From Balamuthia mandrillaris (taxonomy: Eukaryota): a stretch of 64,000 bases of DNA. Below the pieces are notes generated by a model. That model was not told the DNA's origin and ran no database searches. It saw only the letters and a list, made by a program, of their open reading frames with translations. The DNA lies in assembly GCA_031835245.2 (NCBI GenBank), contig JAVKOQ020000023.1, positions 124,001 through 188,000 of the forward strand, given 5' to 3'. Each line of letters begins with the position of its first letter. Position 1 is the first letter of the stretch. This document shows positions 37,126-49,784 of this stretch, piece after piece. Position numbers and translations under genes: made by a program.

Positions 37126-39078
37126 ATGGACACTGGGTCAGTTCCTTCTCTTTCTTTGTCCATCAACCATTCGGCCGGAGATATTCCCGTTCTGGAACGA
37201 AGGGCCTCCTCCTCCATGGAGGATGATGAGGATGCAGAGGTAGAGGAAGGGGCGCTACTTCTTGGGGATGGTGATGATGAGGAACAGCAACACCAACAAC
37301 GCCAGCGGCGGCGGGTTTATGGCTCAGGCGAAACAAAGACAGCAGAAGCAACAACAACTGAAAACAGGAAGCAACGAGAAGAAGAGGAAGAAGGAGAGGG
37401 AGAAGGGGAGGAAGGTTGGGAGGAAAAACACAGAGTGTTGTTTGCTTTGTTGGCTTGGCCGTTGACGTTGAAGGAACAGCTCTATGATGGACGGCAGTTA
37501 ACCCCCGTTCAACTGCACATTTGGGCGTTCGTAATTGGCGCGCTAGGTGGTCTAGTTATTTATGCGTACTATGAAGGTATGCTTTCTTATTGTTATTGTT
37601 ACTTCCTCTCTTCGTCGTTCTCTTCGTCGTTTTCTTCATCGTTCTCTTCGTCGTTCTCTTCTCTTCGTCGTTCTCTTCCTTCTCTTCTCTTCGTGTTTCT
37701 CTATTTGCCCTCTTATTTTATTTCTGTTACTCACTTTTTTTTTCTCTCGAATGAAGTACTTCATTATGGCCTGAAATTGGTGTGGCATATCATTCCTCAT
37801 GCACTCTTTGACCACACTCCTATATTTGGGGACAGATTTCCTCGATGGAACTACATATGGATAGCATCCATGATAATGGGCACGATGGTGGGAATTTGTT
37901 CTTGGTTGTGGACCAAGTTTAGTTTCTTCAAGCTGGCGGGCACCATGCCTGACATGATCAATAAGCTTCATTTGAGGGGCTACATAGGGACAAATCACCT
38001 CATTCCCATGTTTGTAACATCGCTGGTAACTTGTTACTTTCATTCTCTCTCTCTCTCATTCGCTTTCTCGTCTCGTTCTTTTGCTCCTCTCTTTCTCTGG
38101 CTTACTCTTGTATACTTTAATATTAATTTGAAAATGCAAAAATAAGATATCAATTATATCTGGTGGAAGTTGTGGACCTGAAGCTGCAGTCATCATCATA
38201 GGAGGTGCTGTTGGCAGTAAAGTCGGCAAACTTTTGAACCAACGGACCAGGTTCTTTATCCTCGTCTACCTCTTTTTTTTTATCCATCGTTCTCATTTCA
38301 TTTTTTATCTCTTTACCACTCGTCGTTTCTTGTTTTGCTATTTTGCGGTCTTACTCTTTGTAATTTAAAGCACGTTACGAGTGTTGACGTTATGTGGCAT
38401 GAGCGCCGGATTGAGCGCCTTCTTCGGCTTGCCGTTGGGAGGTGCTATTTTCGTACTGGAACTGCCACACCGGATGGGGCTTCAGTTCTATGAAGCCATC
38501 ACCCCTACCATCATTTCCTCCCTTATCGCTGTTTTAATCAAGAAAGGCCTTACTATGCAAGACCTGGGTGGAAACTGGATATGTATGTTTCTCCTTTTGT
38601 TTTCTTGTATTTGTGTTTGTATCGTTTCTCAATGACCCAAAAATAAAGTTCCAGGAATAAAACAAGCCAAGGCGGTGGACATGCTCAAAGGAGTGGTACT
38701 AGGTGCCATCTCCGCCCTCATAGGGATCGTCTTCATCTACATCGCCCACCTGGCCAAATGGCTGTTCCACGAGAAGCTGAAGCTGCATCAGCGGCCGATC
38801 TTCGCGGGGGCCATGGCCGGAGCGATCATCGGCCTTACGGGCATGCTCTGGCCGGAGACGCTCTTTTGGAGCGAGTTGGAGATGCAGACCATTTTGGACA
38901 GAGGAAGGACGCCGCTGCCTAACATACCGTCATGGTTGGGCAGCGTGGCTGCTGATTGGGGATGGGGCAAAGTGCCCTATAATTGGCACCTTTATTTTCA
39001 GATTTCGGCCATCAAGGTATGTTTTTGGTTTACTTTTCTCTTCTTCTGAATCTATTTATTGCCTTTATTTTTTCTTTT

Positions 39079-39117
<39 letters not shown>

Positions 39118-39912
39118 GGTTGTCATGGTTTTGTTAACCCAATACCAAAAATATAGGCATTGGTAACTATAGTTGCGATTGTTGGGGGTTATCCAGGTGG
39201 GGTCATCTATCCATTGTTCTTCGTGGGGGCCGCTTTCGGCTACGGCTTCAGCCTGTTGGTAGACAGCGAAGCATTCCCAGCCACCCTTTGCATTCTTTGC
39301 TTCATGGGCGGCATTGAGGTTGCCATTACTCGTACGCCATGGGCTACTTCTATCGTTCTTCTTCAGTTGCAGGTTTGTTAAGTTTTTAAAATTCCATTAC
39401 TCCCGTTTTGGTTAACAAAAAAAAAAAAAAACCAAAGGCGGGTTTCGAGAAATACAGTGACAATGAGAACGAATCCCACTTTGTTTCCCTCTTCTCAGTG
39501 CTCTCCACTGCCGTTTGTACCAGCCTCTTCCTCACCCGCAGCGTGAAGTACTATTCTGCGCAGCGCAACCGGTCCGATGCGCTGATCATAAGGGGAGAGG
39601 CCCGCATGTACGAGGATGACTTTGATGAGCAGATGATATTGAATGATAAGATGTTGCACCACGATGAGGATGACGATGAGGATGAACAGGAGTTGCGAGA
39701 GAAGCTTCGTCTTAACAAGTACGTTACTGTTTTTCGTTTCGTTCTCGTTTTCTTTCTAAGTTGATAATAAGAAGACTAACTGTGAAACAAATAGGGCGTT
39801 GTGGGATAGTGGAGGAGATGCCATTCGACGCGTCTATCGGTCACCCTCTTATTACAGTCAACAATTCGCTGATGGAATTTCGTTTGAAAGTTTGGAGGCG
39901 CATCTGCTTTGA
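37126..39912 (+). CDS. CLC-family chloride channel/antiporter, prokaryote-like, with no evident CBS domains
   Basis: GGSCGPEAAVIIIGG (gating Glu), CGMSAGLSAFFGLPLGGAIFVLE, ETLFWSE and GGYPGGVIYPLFFVG; many transmembrane segments; about 8 exons. Confidence 0.88.
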
Positions 39913-40029
39913 CCCACCCATTCTTTTTATTCGTGATGGGTTTGTTATGATGCTCTTTGTTCTTTTAGAAAATCTATTTATTCGCTCTGCTGAAACTTGC
40001 TGTTGGTAACGACAACGAAATAACAAACA

Positions 40030-40452
40030 TTATCGTAATATTGATAGTGCTCTTCTGCTATTCAGATGAGGGGAAGTGAGAGAGAAAGAGAGAGAGAAGA
40101 GTGTAGACTCACTTCGCGCCACCGTTGCTTCCTTTTCGATTGGAGGAAAGAGCCGCATAGGCCAGAGCGTTGGCAAGGATGCGAGCACCCCCCACCGAAG
40201 AAGCCCCATCGCAGAGCGCATTGATGGTGACCACCATGCCGTACATCTCCTCTTTCCTCAGTCCCACCAAGGTTGGTTTGTTCGCCTCAACTCCCTGTTC
40301 TTCCTCCATTCCTCGAATGATATATTATCCGAGGTCCCTTTGTTGTTTGTCAGGAAACTAAAACCATGGGCAGGTCACCGCGGTGTGCCACAAAGGGGAT
40401 TGAAGGCGGTTGCTGCCAGAACCATCACCATCCTCATAAGAAGAAGCATCCA
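40030..40452 (-). other. Possible small or degraded gene beginning with a fragment homologous to the beta-propeller gene's tail
   Basis: MDASSYEDGDGSGSNRLQSPL matches the sequence at 51601-51659; a downstream ORF (40109-40309) and a GTGAGT..AATAG intron-like segment follow. Confidence 0.3.
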
Positions 40453-40621
40453 TTCGCTCTCGCTCCCCTTCTCCCTGCTCCTCTCTGGGTTCTCTGCTCT
40501 GCGTAGAGAGGGTAAATTCATCGTGCTTCCAATGCTCTCTTGTACTGGCTCGTATCCTGTCTCCTGTCCATGTTTCGTTCGTGACGACACGATTTTTGCG
40601 AAAGGAGGGAAAAAACAAAAG

Positions 40622-41235
40622 ATGAGAAGCAGCAGCTTGCGAGTTTCCACAACAAACATGCGGTGGCCTGCGGTGTTCCGGCCTTCTGTCGTCTCCCTGA
40701 GCGCACATCCTACAAAACCTATGCCAAGCATTTCACCCAACGCAACACTGAGTCGCTGCTTTCTGTCCTCCCCCTCCCCCTCCTCCTTCTCGGCAACGTA
40801 TACCACCGCTTCGTCACCGGCCGACGCTCATCCCGTTTCTTCCCGTCGGGAGGCCGTCCTCAAGCTCAGCACCTCCAAAGCCGTTCCCCTCTTCTTCACT
40901 CCCGTTCCCTGTCACAAACCCGACCACGACCCTTCTCACGCCATGTTCGTCCTCCACGGCCTCCTGGGCTGCGGCCTCAACTGGAGAACTCTGGCCAAGC
41001 GCATGGTGGCCCCTCTCCACGGGGACATCTACCTCGTGGACCTGAGGAACCACGGGCAGAGCGCTCACTCCGAGGACACCTCCTATGAGGCCATGGCGCA
41101 CGACCTCTACTACTTGTTCAAGCAGAACAAAAAGCTGGAGAGAGTTACTCTCTTTGGGCACAGCATGGTTGGTGCACTCTCTTCTCTCATGCTCTTTTCT
41201 GTTCTCTCCTTCTTGTTACTCCTCTCTCTTGCTTC

Positions 41236-41270
<35 letters not shown>

Positions 41271-41327
41271 CACTCTCTCTTCTCTCCTCTCTGTTCTCTG
41301 TTCTCTCTCTGTTCTCTGTTCTCTCTC

Positions 41328-41358
<31 letters not shown>

Positions 41359-42121
41359 TTCCTCTCTCTCCTCTCTCCTCTCTCTCTCTCCTCTCTCCTC
41401 TCTCCTCTCTCCTCTCTCCTCTCTCTTCTCTCTCTGTTCTCTCTTCTCTCTCTCTCTCTCTCGCTCTTTCTCTTTCCCTTCCTTACAGTCCATTCATTTC
41501 TTTTTCTTACCACTTGAAACCAAACTTTAGGGAGGAGCACTGGCCATGAAGATCGCTCTGGACCATCCAGAGATTGTGGAGCGCCTTGTGGTGGTGGATG
41601 TTGCGCCCATCAACCACCCTTCTTCCTCCGCTGAGGACTCCAAGTTCTCCACCTACTTTGACGCCATGAGGTCCCTTCCGCTCTCCAACCTTCGCAGCAA
41701 GACTCAAGCCACCGAGTTCTTGTTGCCATTGGTCAAAGATCCCGTGCTTTGTGCCTTTCTCATCACAAACCTCGTCAAGCAGTCACCATCAGGAGAAGGA
41801 AATGGAGGAGCAGAAGGCGCCGGGGAGTTCCAATGGAGATGCAACATTGAGGCGTTGGCAAAGCATGTCTCCTCCATTCGTGACTTTGAAAGCCTCATGA
41901 CTTCTGGGAAAAGGTTTGAAGGGCCGACATTGTTTGTGAGGGGGAGCAAAAGCGAGTATGTTCCTTCCTCGGCGGAGCCACGCATCAAGGAGCTGTTCCC
42001 AAAGGCAAAGATAGCCACGGTGGAGGATGCGGGTCATTGGGTCCATTTCGAACAGCCTCATCGTTTCCTGAAGACGGTCACTCCATTTCTTTCTGCTTCT
42101 GCTTCTTATCATCATTCCTGA
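40622..42121 (+). CDS. ABHD11: Alpha/beta hydrolase, ABHD11/YbfF family, probably mitochondrial
   Basis: LHGLLGCGLNWRTLAK, DLRNHGQS, nucleophile motif GHSM|GG split by a (TC)n intron, VVVDVAP and AGHWVHFEQP. Confidence 0.9.
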
Positions 42122-42236
42122 TTGCAAGAAATCTCTTTTTGGTTGTTCCTCCATTCTTCTCTCAGCGCTTCTTTTGCATAGTTGGTTGCAAAGGGATAGT
42201 CGAACGAGGAGAGGAGAAAGAGGAAAGAAACAAGGA

Positions 42237-43231
42237 TTATTGATGTGGCGGAGCAAAAGTAGAAGGAGAGGACCAAGCGATGGTGGTAAGAGCAGCGAAG
42301 GCCATGGCTGCCGTTTCTACACGTAACCTATTGTTTCCGAGGCAGAGCCCGACGGCACCATACCGCCGCAACAACTGCTTTTCCTCTGGACTAAAGTCTC
42401 CTTCTGGCCCTTTTGTAGTGTTAGTAAAGAAATGAAAAGAACGAACGAAAAATAAAAGAGAAAAGAAGGCAAACCAATGCACATGGCGATGGAAGAAGAA
42501 GGAGGGTGTGGATGAGCAGCTAAATATGAAAATAGGCTCTTGCCTTCCCACTGGTTCGCTTCACCACCCAAACTCTCTCCTGGCATACACCCCCACAACA
42601 ATGTCGTTCCTGTCCTATTCTCTACACCTTCTTCCTTTCTTCTTTCTTCATGTTGTTCTTCTTCTTCTTCCTTTTTTTTCCTTCTGTTTGTTGTCTCTTG
42701 TTGTTGTTGCTGCTGTTGGAAACACTGCTGAAGAAACTCAGCGAGAGATAGCGGCTGACTGACCAAAGGAACGTGCAACCGAAGGCTCTGCTTGCTGGAC
42801 TCCTGTGCAATGCGCTGCCACCGATCCACACGAAGCTCTTTCGGCAGCAGCACCGCTCGACTGGTGAGCAGGGGCTGAATCCGATCGACCCCCAACTCGG
42901 TCAGTTTGCTCACTAACAGGTCTGACCTGTTGCCTTTAGGCATAGCCACAGCAAGGACGTAGTTCACTCGCGACAAAGCGGAAGAAGAGGAAGAAGTGGA
43001 AGTGGAAGAGGAAGAGGTTTGAAGTAGTGCTTCCTGTTTGGAGATGGAGGAAAGGGTGGCGGTGAGGAGGCCGCCACGACCGTCAAAGAGCTCCACCTGA
43101 TCGCCTGGTTTCAAGCGGAGGACATGCACCACGTGATGACGCTCCTTGCCTTGGAGCACGTACGGCTTTCCTCCCATCGGCGGCAATGCCTCCACCAAGA
43201 ACCGTGGCAGCTGGCGTTTCGTAGCTCCCAT
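42237..43231 (-). CDS. rsmE: 16S rRNA (uracil-1498-N3)-methyltransferase (SPOUT class)
   Basis: HHVVHVLRLKPGD, KLTELGVDRIQPL, ESSKQSLR, CI|GPEGDFSPEE and LGNNRLRVETAA. Confidence 0.92.
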
Positions 43232-43404
43232 CTCTTCTTTCTTTTTTGATATATAATTTTTATCGATTATTATTCCGTTAATATCGTATCTTTTCCAATA
43301 TTTTTGGAAAAATTGCTCCAATATTTCCCTTTTATGCACATTTATTAAGGTATTAAATAACACCTAAAAATTCGAGTAGCAGAGAGAGAGCGCACTCTCT
43401 GGGC

Positions 43405-43896
43405 TCACTCTGCGGCAAGGGGAGGACCCACCACGATGACGCCGTTGTCCTGCGCCTTCTGCATGATCTTCGAAGGGTCGATGGGCTCCGGCTCAGGCGT
43501 GCCGGCCTCCCTGAAGAAGGTGGTGACCGACCGGCTGCCTCCAGGGCAGATGAAGGCCAGGAGCTTGGCCGGCTGCTCGGTGCGGTTCACGTAGGTGTGA
43601 GGGCAGCCCGGCGGGAGGACCAACGTGGTGCCGGCCCCGATGAGCCGCTCCTCCCCCTCGTTGCCGCTCTTGATGGCCAGGGTGCCCGCCAGCAGGTGCA
43701 GCGTCTCGGTCTGGTGCTCGTGGAGGTGCATGGGCGGGGAGGAGCGCGGAGGGATGGTGAGCTCCAGCACGTCAAAGGCCTCGCTGAGGTGCTTATAGAC
43801 CACGCGATCGTGGCCGATGTGGGTGACAGGGGCCGCCACCGACTCGTCGGGAGCCAGGATGAAAGGGGGTGGAGGCGCAGAGCTGCTGCTTGCCAT
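43405..43896 (-). CDS. Cupin-domain protein, quercetin dioxygenase-like, intronless and GC-rich
   Basis: PPMHLHEHQTETLHLLAGTL (HxH...E) and PPGCPHTYVN (distal His), followed by FFREAGTP. Confidence 0.85.
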   Translation of the reverse strand: MASSSSAPPPPFILAPDESVAAPVTHIGHDRVVYKHLSEAFDVLELTIPPRSSPPMHLHEHQTETLHLLAGTLAIKSGNEGEERLIGAGTTLVLPPGCPHTYVNRTEQPAKLLAFICPGGSRSVTTFFREAGTPEPEPIDPSKIMQKAQDNGVIVVGPPLAAE

Positions 43897-44150
43897 TTGT
43901 TCAACAACTGATGAGTACTTTGCTGTGCTATAGCCGCTTTCTTTTTTTGAAGTATTAAAAAAAAAAGAGCTACACATGGGCAATATAGAAAATATTGTAG
44001 ACAATATAACAATCCCCTGGGCCCGTTGCTTCTCATGGCCCCCTTCACTCATTGAGCCACGAAAGGACAACAAGAATGGGAGGCAGAAGCTTTGAAAAGG
44101 AGGAAGATGGGTCATGGAAAAAAAAAAAACGGGTTGAATAACGCTGTATT

Positions 44151-44986
44151 TTATAGCTTGGCCTGTTTGGTCTGTTCACACGTCGTGGAAGAAAGGGAGG
44201 AGAAAGAAGAAAGGAGAGAAAGAAACGTGGAGAAGAAAGAAGAACAAAGAAAGGAAGGAAGCAAAACAAGAATGGTTAACAAAGCAATTGATGAAAGGAT
44301 GAGAGGTGGGTAACCTCAACGTAACCAGCCAGTTTCTTCCAGTCAGGTTGTACCTGGCTGACCATCGCAACGTACTTCTTCTTGGCATCTATTTTGCTAA
44401 TAGAACCTAACTCCTTCCATGCATTCCTTTCATTGTAACGGGAGTGAGGAAGAAGAAGAGGAAGAGGAAGAGGAAGAAGAAGAAGAAGAAGAAGAAGAAG
44501 AAGAAGAACAAGAAGAAGAAGAAGAAGAAGAAGAACAAGAAGAGCAAGAATAATAAGAAGAAGAAGGACAAGAAGGAGGAGGAGGAGGAGAAGTAGAAGA
44601 AGAAGAGGAAGAAAAAGAAGAACAAGAACAAGCACAACAACAAGAACGCAAGATAACGGGATGAAAGCAGAGCAAAGAGGAACGAAGCAGAATATGAAGG
44701 ACAAAAAACCATTTGTATCTCTTAATGACGTCGAGCCTAGAGGGAGCCTTGGTGGTGTTCGGACCTTCGGTGGCTTGCTTGAACAAACCGTAAAACTTCA
44801 ACTTTTGCTCGTTACTTTGTTTTGTTTTTTTGTAGTAAAGAAAACGTGAGCGTCTTCTGTTGGTTTTTTTTCAAAAAGAGCAAAATGAAAAACCCACCTG
44901 ATCTCGGGCATCTTGGCTTGCACGCCAGGAGCAGGGCCTTTCGTGATCAAACGAACGGCTGCCTCAAATTCTGCGAGCAAGTTCAT
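44151..44986 (-). CDS. ACBP: Acyl-CoA-binding protein with a predicted PTS1 (-AKL)
   Basis: AEFEAAV..SNEQKLKFYGLFKQATEGPN..KW|NAWKELG..AKKKYV; the last micro-exon 44171-44151 encodes TKQAKL*. Confidence 0.88.
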
Positions 44987-45269
44987 TATTTTTTTTGTTT
45001 AAAAAACCAAAAAAAAAAATCATGACGTGTAACCAAACAAGGTGCCTTCACCATGAAGCGCAGTTACACACCTTTGTCGATGGTTGCGGGATCTTGAGCC
45101 ATCTCACTCTGCGTCGAACAAGTTTGAGCTTCTTCTTTTCTTTCTCTTCTCTTGGGCTGATCAAATGCTGATCGATGACAATTTTTGATATTTCATTGGT
45201 TTTGAAATTTCGTATCCAATCATTATTCAAAAACAAAGAGAGAAAAAAAAGCGGAGAGAAAGAAAAGAA

Positions 45270-46217
45270 ATGGCTTCTTCTTCCGCCAATGTGGGCTTCA
45301 AGGAGTGCGTTCGTTGCGGCAAGGCGGGTGCCCTGCGCTGCTCTCGCTGCAAAGCCGTGTTCTACTGCTCGGCCGCTTGTCAGCGGGCTCATTGGCAGAG
45401 CGGCCATCGCGGCCAGTGCAAAATCCTCTCCGAACAAGAGACTATCAACTACATTTCTGCCTCCGACTCCGCCGCTACAGCGAAATCAACTGCAGCTGCT
45501 GCTTCTTCTTCTCCTGTTGTGGCTTCTTTTGCTTCGCCACAACCAGTTGTTCAAGGCGCTGGCAGAAAGAACCTCCGCAGTTCTGCAGGCGCTCAACAAC
45601 AACAGCTGCAACCAAGCGAAGCTGAATTGCTTGGCTATGAACCGCTCTTTCCGCTTTCTAGAGGTTCTTTTTGTTCTTGTTCTTGTTCTTGTGCTTGTGC
45701 TTGTTGTTCTTGTTCTTCGTTATTCTTCGTTATTCTTCGTTCTTCTTGTTCTTCTTCTTCTTCTTCTTCTTCTTCTTCTTCTTCTTCTTCTTCTTCTTCT
45801 TCTTCTTCTTCTTCTTCTTCTTCTTCTTTTCTTTTTCTTCTTCTTTTTTCACTCACTCGCAGTTCCTTCAATGACACAGTGAACCAGCTGATAACCTTCA
45901 GGCCACCGAAAGAACGACAAGGCACTGGTCTGCGCAATGTGGGCAACACTTGCTTCATGAACTCGGTGCTGCAGTGCTTTGTGCATACGTTGCCGTTGCA
46001 GACCTTTCTGATGCATGGGGATCACACCAAGACTTGTTCGTTTTTGCTGTTCTTATTGTCGTTGTTCTTGTTCTTCTTATCGTCCCTCTTGTTCTCGTTC
46101 TTTCGTTTTTCTTCTTGCTATGTGTAACGTTTTGTCTAACAGGTCAACTTGCCAACGCACAGTTTTGTGCATTGTGCGCCTTGGAGCGGCACTGCAAATA
46201 CGTTAGCTTTGCCTTCC

Positions 46218-46249
<32 letters not shown>

Positions 46250-48960
46250 TTTCTTTGGTCTCTCTCTGTGTTCCTATGCTACTTTCTCTTCTGGCTATTT
46301 TCTTCATAAACATAGCGACTAACAATAACATGAACCACAGGAGTTACAACTTTCTAATAGCTTCTTTCCGAAAGAAATATTTTTAAACTTACAACGTATA
46401 CCATCCCTGTTCTGTGATATACTAAAAAGAGAGAGAAAAGAGCAGAGAGAAAAGAGAAGAGAGCCAGAGAGAAACACATTTACTTGCTCTTAACTGAATA
46501 TTTTTACATAGATTTCGGCGAGTTCCGTCTATTTACTCAAGAGGACGCTCATGTAAGTTTGTTCAGTAGTGTAAAAATGAGTTAATAATCACTTACTGTC
46601 ACTTTGTTTCTTTTCAGGAATTTGCGTTAGGAGTGCTGACTGGAATGCATCAAAGCGCGGTGCATAATGCTAGAGTCACAGGGTCCAGCTCCTTGCCTCG
46701 TTCTCCATTATTCATCTCTTCTTTCTTGTTATTTTGTGCTTACGTTATTCTTGTTATTTCTTCCATCAGACAACTGAAAAACCCAAAACAGGAAGAAACA
46801 TCTATTGTGCACCGGTTGTTTGGAGGCCACACGTTGAGCCTTCTGAAATGCAATAGTTGCTCTAACGTGATTACCCACCGAGAGCCTTTCTTGGATCTCA
46901 ACTTGGAGCTCTCTCATGGCGCCTCTTTGGAAGAAGCTCTTCATGTTTATTCCAACATAGAACACTTGAATGAAGATGTTGGTTATAAGTGTGAAAAGTA
47001 TGTTTTCCACTCTCTTTACCTTTTGCTTTCTCTGTCTTATTTAACATCACTATTGAATAGGTGTAACAAGGTGGTTTCAGCACAGAAGCAATTGACCATC
47101 GATGAGTCTCCAAATATTTTGGTTATTCAGTTGAAGAGATTCGACGTAATGCATGGCGGAGGCAAAATCAACAAAACTGTCGTCTTCAACGAACAACTCG
47201 ACCTTACCAAGTTTATGAGCTTCGACAAAAAGGTTTCTTTGCTCTCTTCTCGTCTGCTTGTCTGTTCTCCTCTCGTTTCTTACGTCAGAGAACAAACGAA
47301 GGGAAGCGGAACAGATCACATCTATGAGTTATACGCTGTAATAGTGCATTACGGTAGAACCATGTTCTCAGGACATTACGTAGCCTTTGTAAAGAGCGAG
47401 GGGACATGGTACCTCTTTGACGATGAACAGGTGCTGGAAGTCAATTCTGCCATCGTGTTGAAGCAAAATGCATACATGCTGTTCTATAGGAAGAAGCTTG
47501 CCTCTTCTTCATTGTCTCTGTCTGCTTCTGCTGTCGCAGAACCTTCTGTTGGTACTTCTGCTCAACAATCGCCAGCACCTGTAACTACAACGAATGCGCT
47601 TCGTCGTTCAAACAAGAAAAAGCGAGGAGGAAAAAGGTATGCCTTTTGCATCTAAGATACATTGGGCACAACAAAAGACAGAATCAACGCAAGAGCGAGA
47701 ATGAGAGAAGTATTACAAATAAGAAGATCTGACAACACCACGAAAACAGGAACAAGAATAAAGCAGCAAGCGCAACAACCAAACAAGAGCCTACCGGCGG
47801 GAACGGACAACAGCCAGATACCAAGACAGAACAAGTTTCAAAGGAAGAAATCGAAACCACTGCTACAGCAACAGAACCGGAGAAGGAGGGAAGTGATGAC
47901 AAAACGAACAAGAAACTTCCCAAGTACAGAGTCTTTTACAACGAACAAGAAATAGACGGAGACAGCTTTATCAAAGACCTTACGGTTGCTGTGGAAGCTC
48001 CTGCTTTGGTACATTCTGCGTTCTTCATTCTTTTGTTATGACTTTTTTTCCGCTTTAATACTTTTTTTTTCGTCAAAACAGCAATCAACAGCAAATGAAA
48101 TAAGTGCCACACTCCGAAAAGACGGGCAGCTCTCGCTTAACTTTCCACTCGAATACGCGCCTTTGTCTGTATCCTTGTTCTTCTTCTTGTTCTTCTTGTT
48201 CTTCTTCTTTATCTCCTCTTCTTGATCTCTCAAAATGCTATTTTTTCTGGTTTATTTTCCTTCATTTATCTTATTTACTTTAAAGCTTTGCTTTCCATTT
48301 GAAGTGGAAACATCTTCTGCAAAAGCAAATTATTTCAACGCAATAGGCACCCTCTTGCTAACTGTTCCTGTCCGTTCTCTCGCTTCTACTGATAACAACG
48401 AAGAACAAACACAAGAAGAGCAAGAAGAAAGCACATTGCAAGTGGTAATAGAGGAACAGAAAGACAAAGTCAGTCTTGAAGATTTAGGAGTGAACACTGA
48501 ATTGGAACTGAATTTGCAGCCTGTTGCCGATGAGAAGGAGGAAAAGGAAGAGAAACAGCAAGAAACTATCGACAAAGCAAGGGAAAAACAAACCAAGGTA
48601 TTCCATTCTTTCTTTTCTTTAATTCACTTTCTTCTTCTCACGCTAAAATGTCTCGGTAAACAGGAATCGGAGCCACTGCCATTCCTCAACCAGCAGATGT
48701 ACCTGAAGATGATGCAAGAGGGAACCAACAAAGAAGAGGCATCCTATCCACAACTCTACGAGGACATCAAACAATATTATTTCTCTCTTCGGAGGGATCC
48801 TCTTCGCGCGAGGCAAAGATTGCTCTTCAACGAACAGTCATCTGCTTCGTCTGCTTCTTCTTCGGCTTTGGGCGGAGGAGAGACCAAAAAGGTTGGGCGA
48901 AATGACATGTGCCCTTGTGGCAGTCAACGCAAGTACAAAGTGTGTCATGGGCGCGTCTAG
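45270..48960 (+). CDS. Ubiquitin-specific protease (C19) with an N-terminal MYND finger, a PIH1/CS-like domain and a C-terminal SEC-C motif
   Basis: [32 protein letters not shown]; Cys box [29 protein letters not shown]; His box [15 protein letters not shown]; final [21 protein letters not shown]. Confidence 0.92.
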
Positions 48961-49087
48961 AGAGAAAAAGAAAACAACAACAACAACAAAAAAATTGTGT
49001 GTAATCGTGAATACGCCACAGAGGAGATAAGACACGAGCGTAGCGAGGATAGAGGACCTGAGCCACTACAAAAGAGAGACAAATTAA

Positions 49088-49456
49088 CCGTGCTCTACTG
49101 TAGCGGTGGACGCTCTCCCATGAGAGCTGTTAGTCCATGTGCTTGGCTATCTGGAGGATGGCAGGTTCTCTTGCACCTGTCGCACCGTTCACGCGCTTGT
49201 CCAAGAAGAAGCTCTCAGCCGCTGCTTGACCGAAAGGAAGAAAGAGTAAGGCCTTGTGCGCTGCAGGCAGGAACAACCAGAAAAGCTCTTCTCTTCCCTC
49301 GAAAAAAGTCTGGCAGAGGGACGAGAGACGGTGGTGCAGTTGAAACTGCAGTGGAGAAGAGAGGAGCAAGCTCGATGCCCCCCGAACCCTTGTCCTCACA
49401 GACATGGGACGAAATTCAATCCATCCGCTGATTGCCTCGTTGAGATGAGCGAATAG
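49088..49456 (+). pseudogene. F-box pseudogene
   Basis: One frame reads VDALP*ELLVHVLGYLEDGRFSCTCRTVHALVQEEALSRCLTERKKE*GLVR..., with in-frame stops TGA 49121 and TAA 49247. Confidence 0.6.
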
Positions 49457-49784
49457 CACTTTTCGTTACCCACTCCCTTTTCGTAGGAAAATAGTCAGCC
49501 GGTTTCCAACGCTCTCTACGAAACGGCGGCACGTGCGGGTGGTTGCGATCTGTGCTTAGCCCGCCAATCGAATCCTCCCGGCTAAAATAAGCGGCTGTTT
49601 ATCTATTCATTATAACACCATTAAGTTGTTTCGGCTAACAAGCTCTGCAGTCTTGTGCGGTCTTTTTATACTCCTGCACCCACCACCTTTTTATCTTCAT
49701 CCTCTGCCACAACAACAACCACTTCTTCACAGTTGTCCTTTTAGCACAAACTCTTACGAGAACTCAACAAACATACCTCTCACA

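Noticed and set aside
40109..40309. Weak resemblance of this ORF to the GOLGA7/ERF4 family
   Set aside because: The similarity is too faint to support without a profile search.
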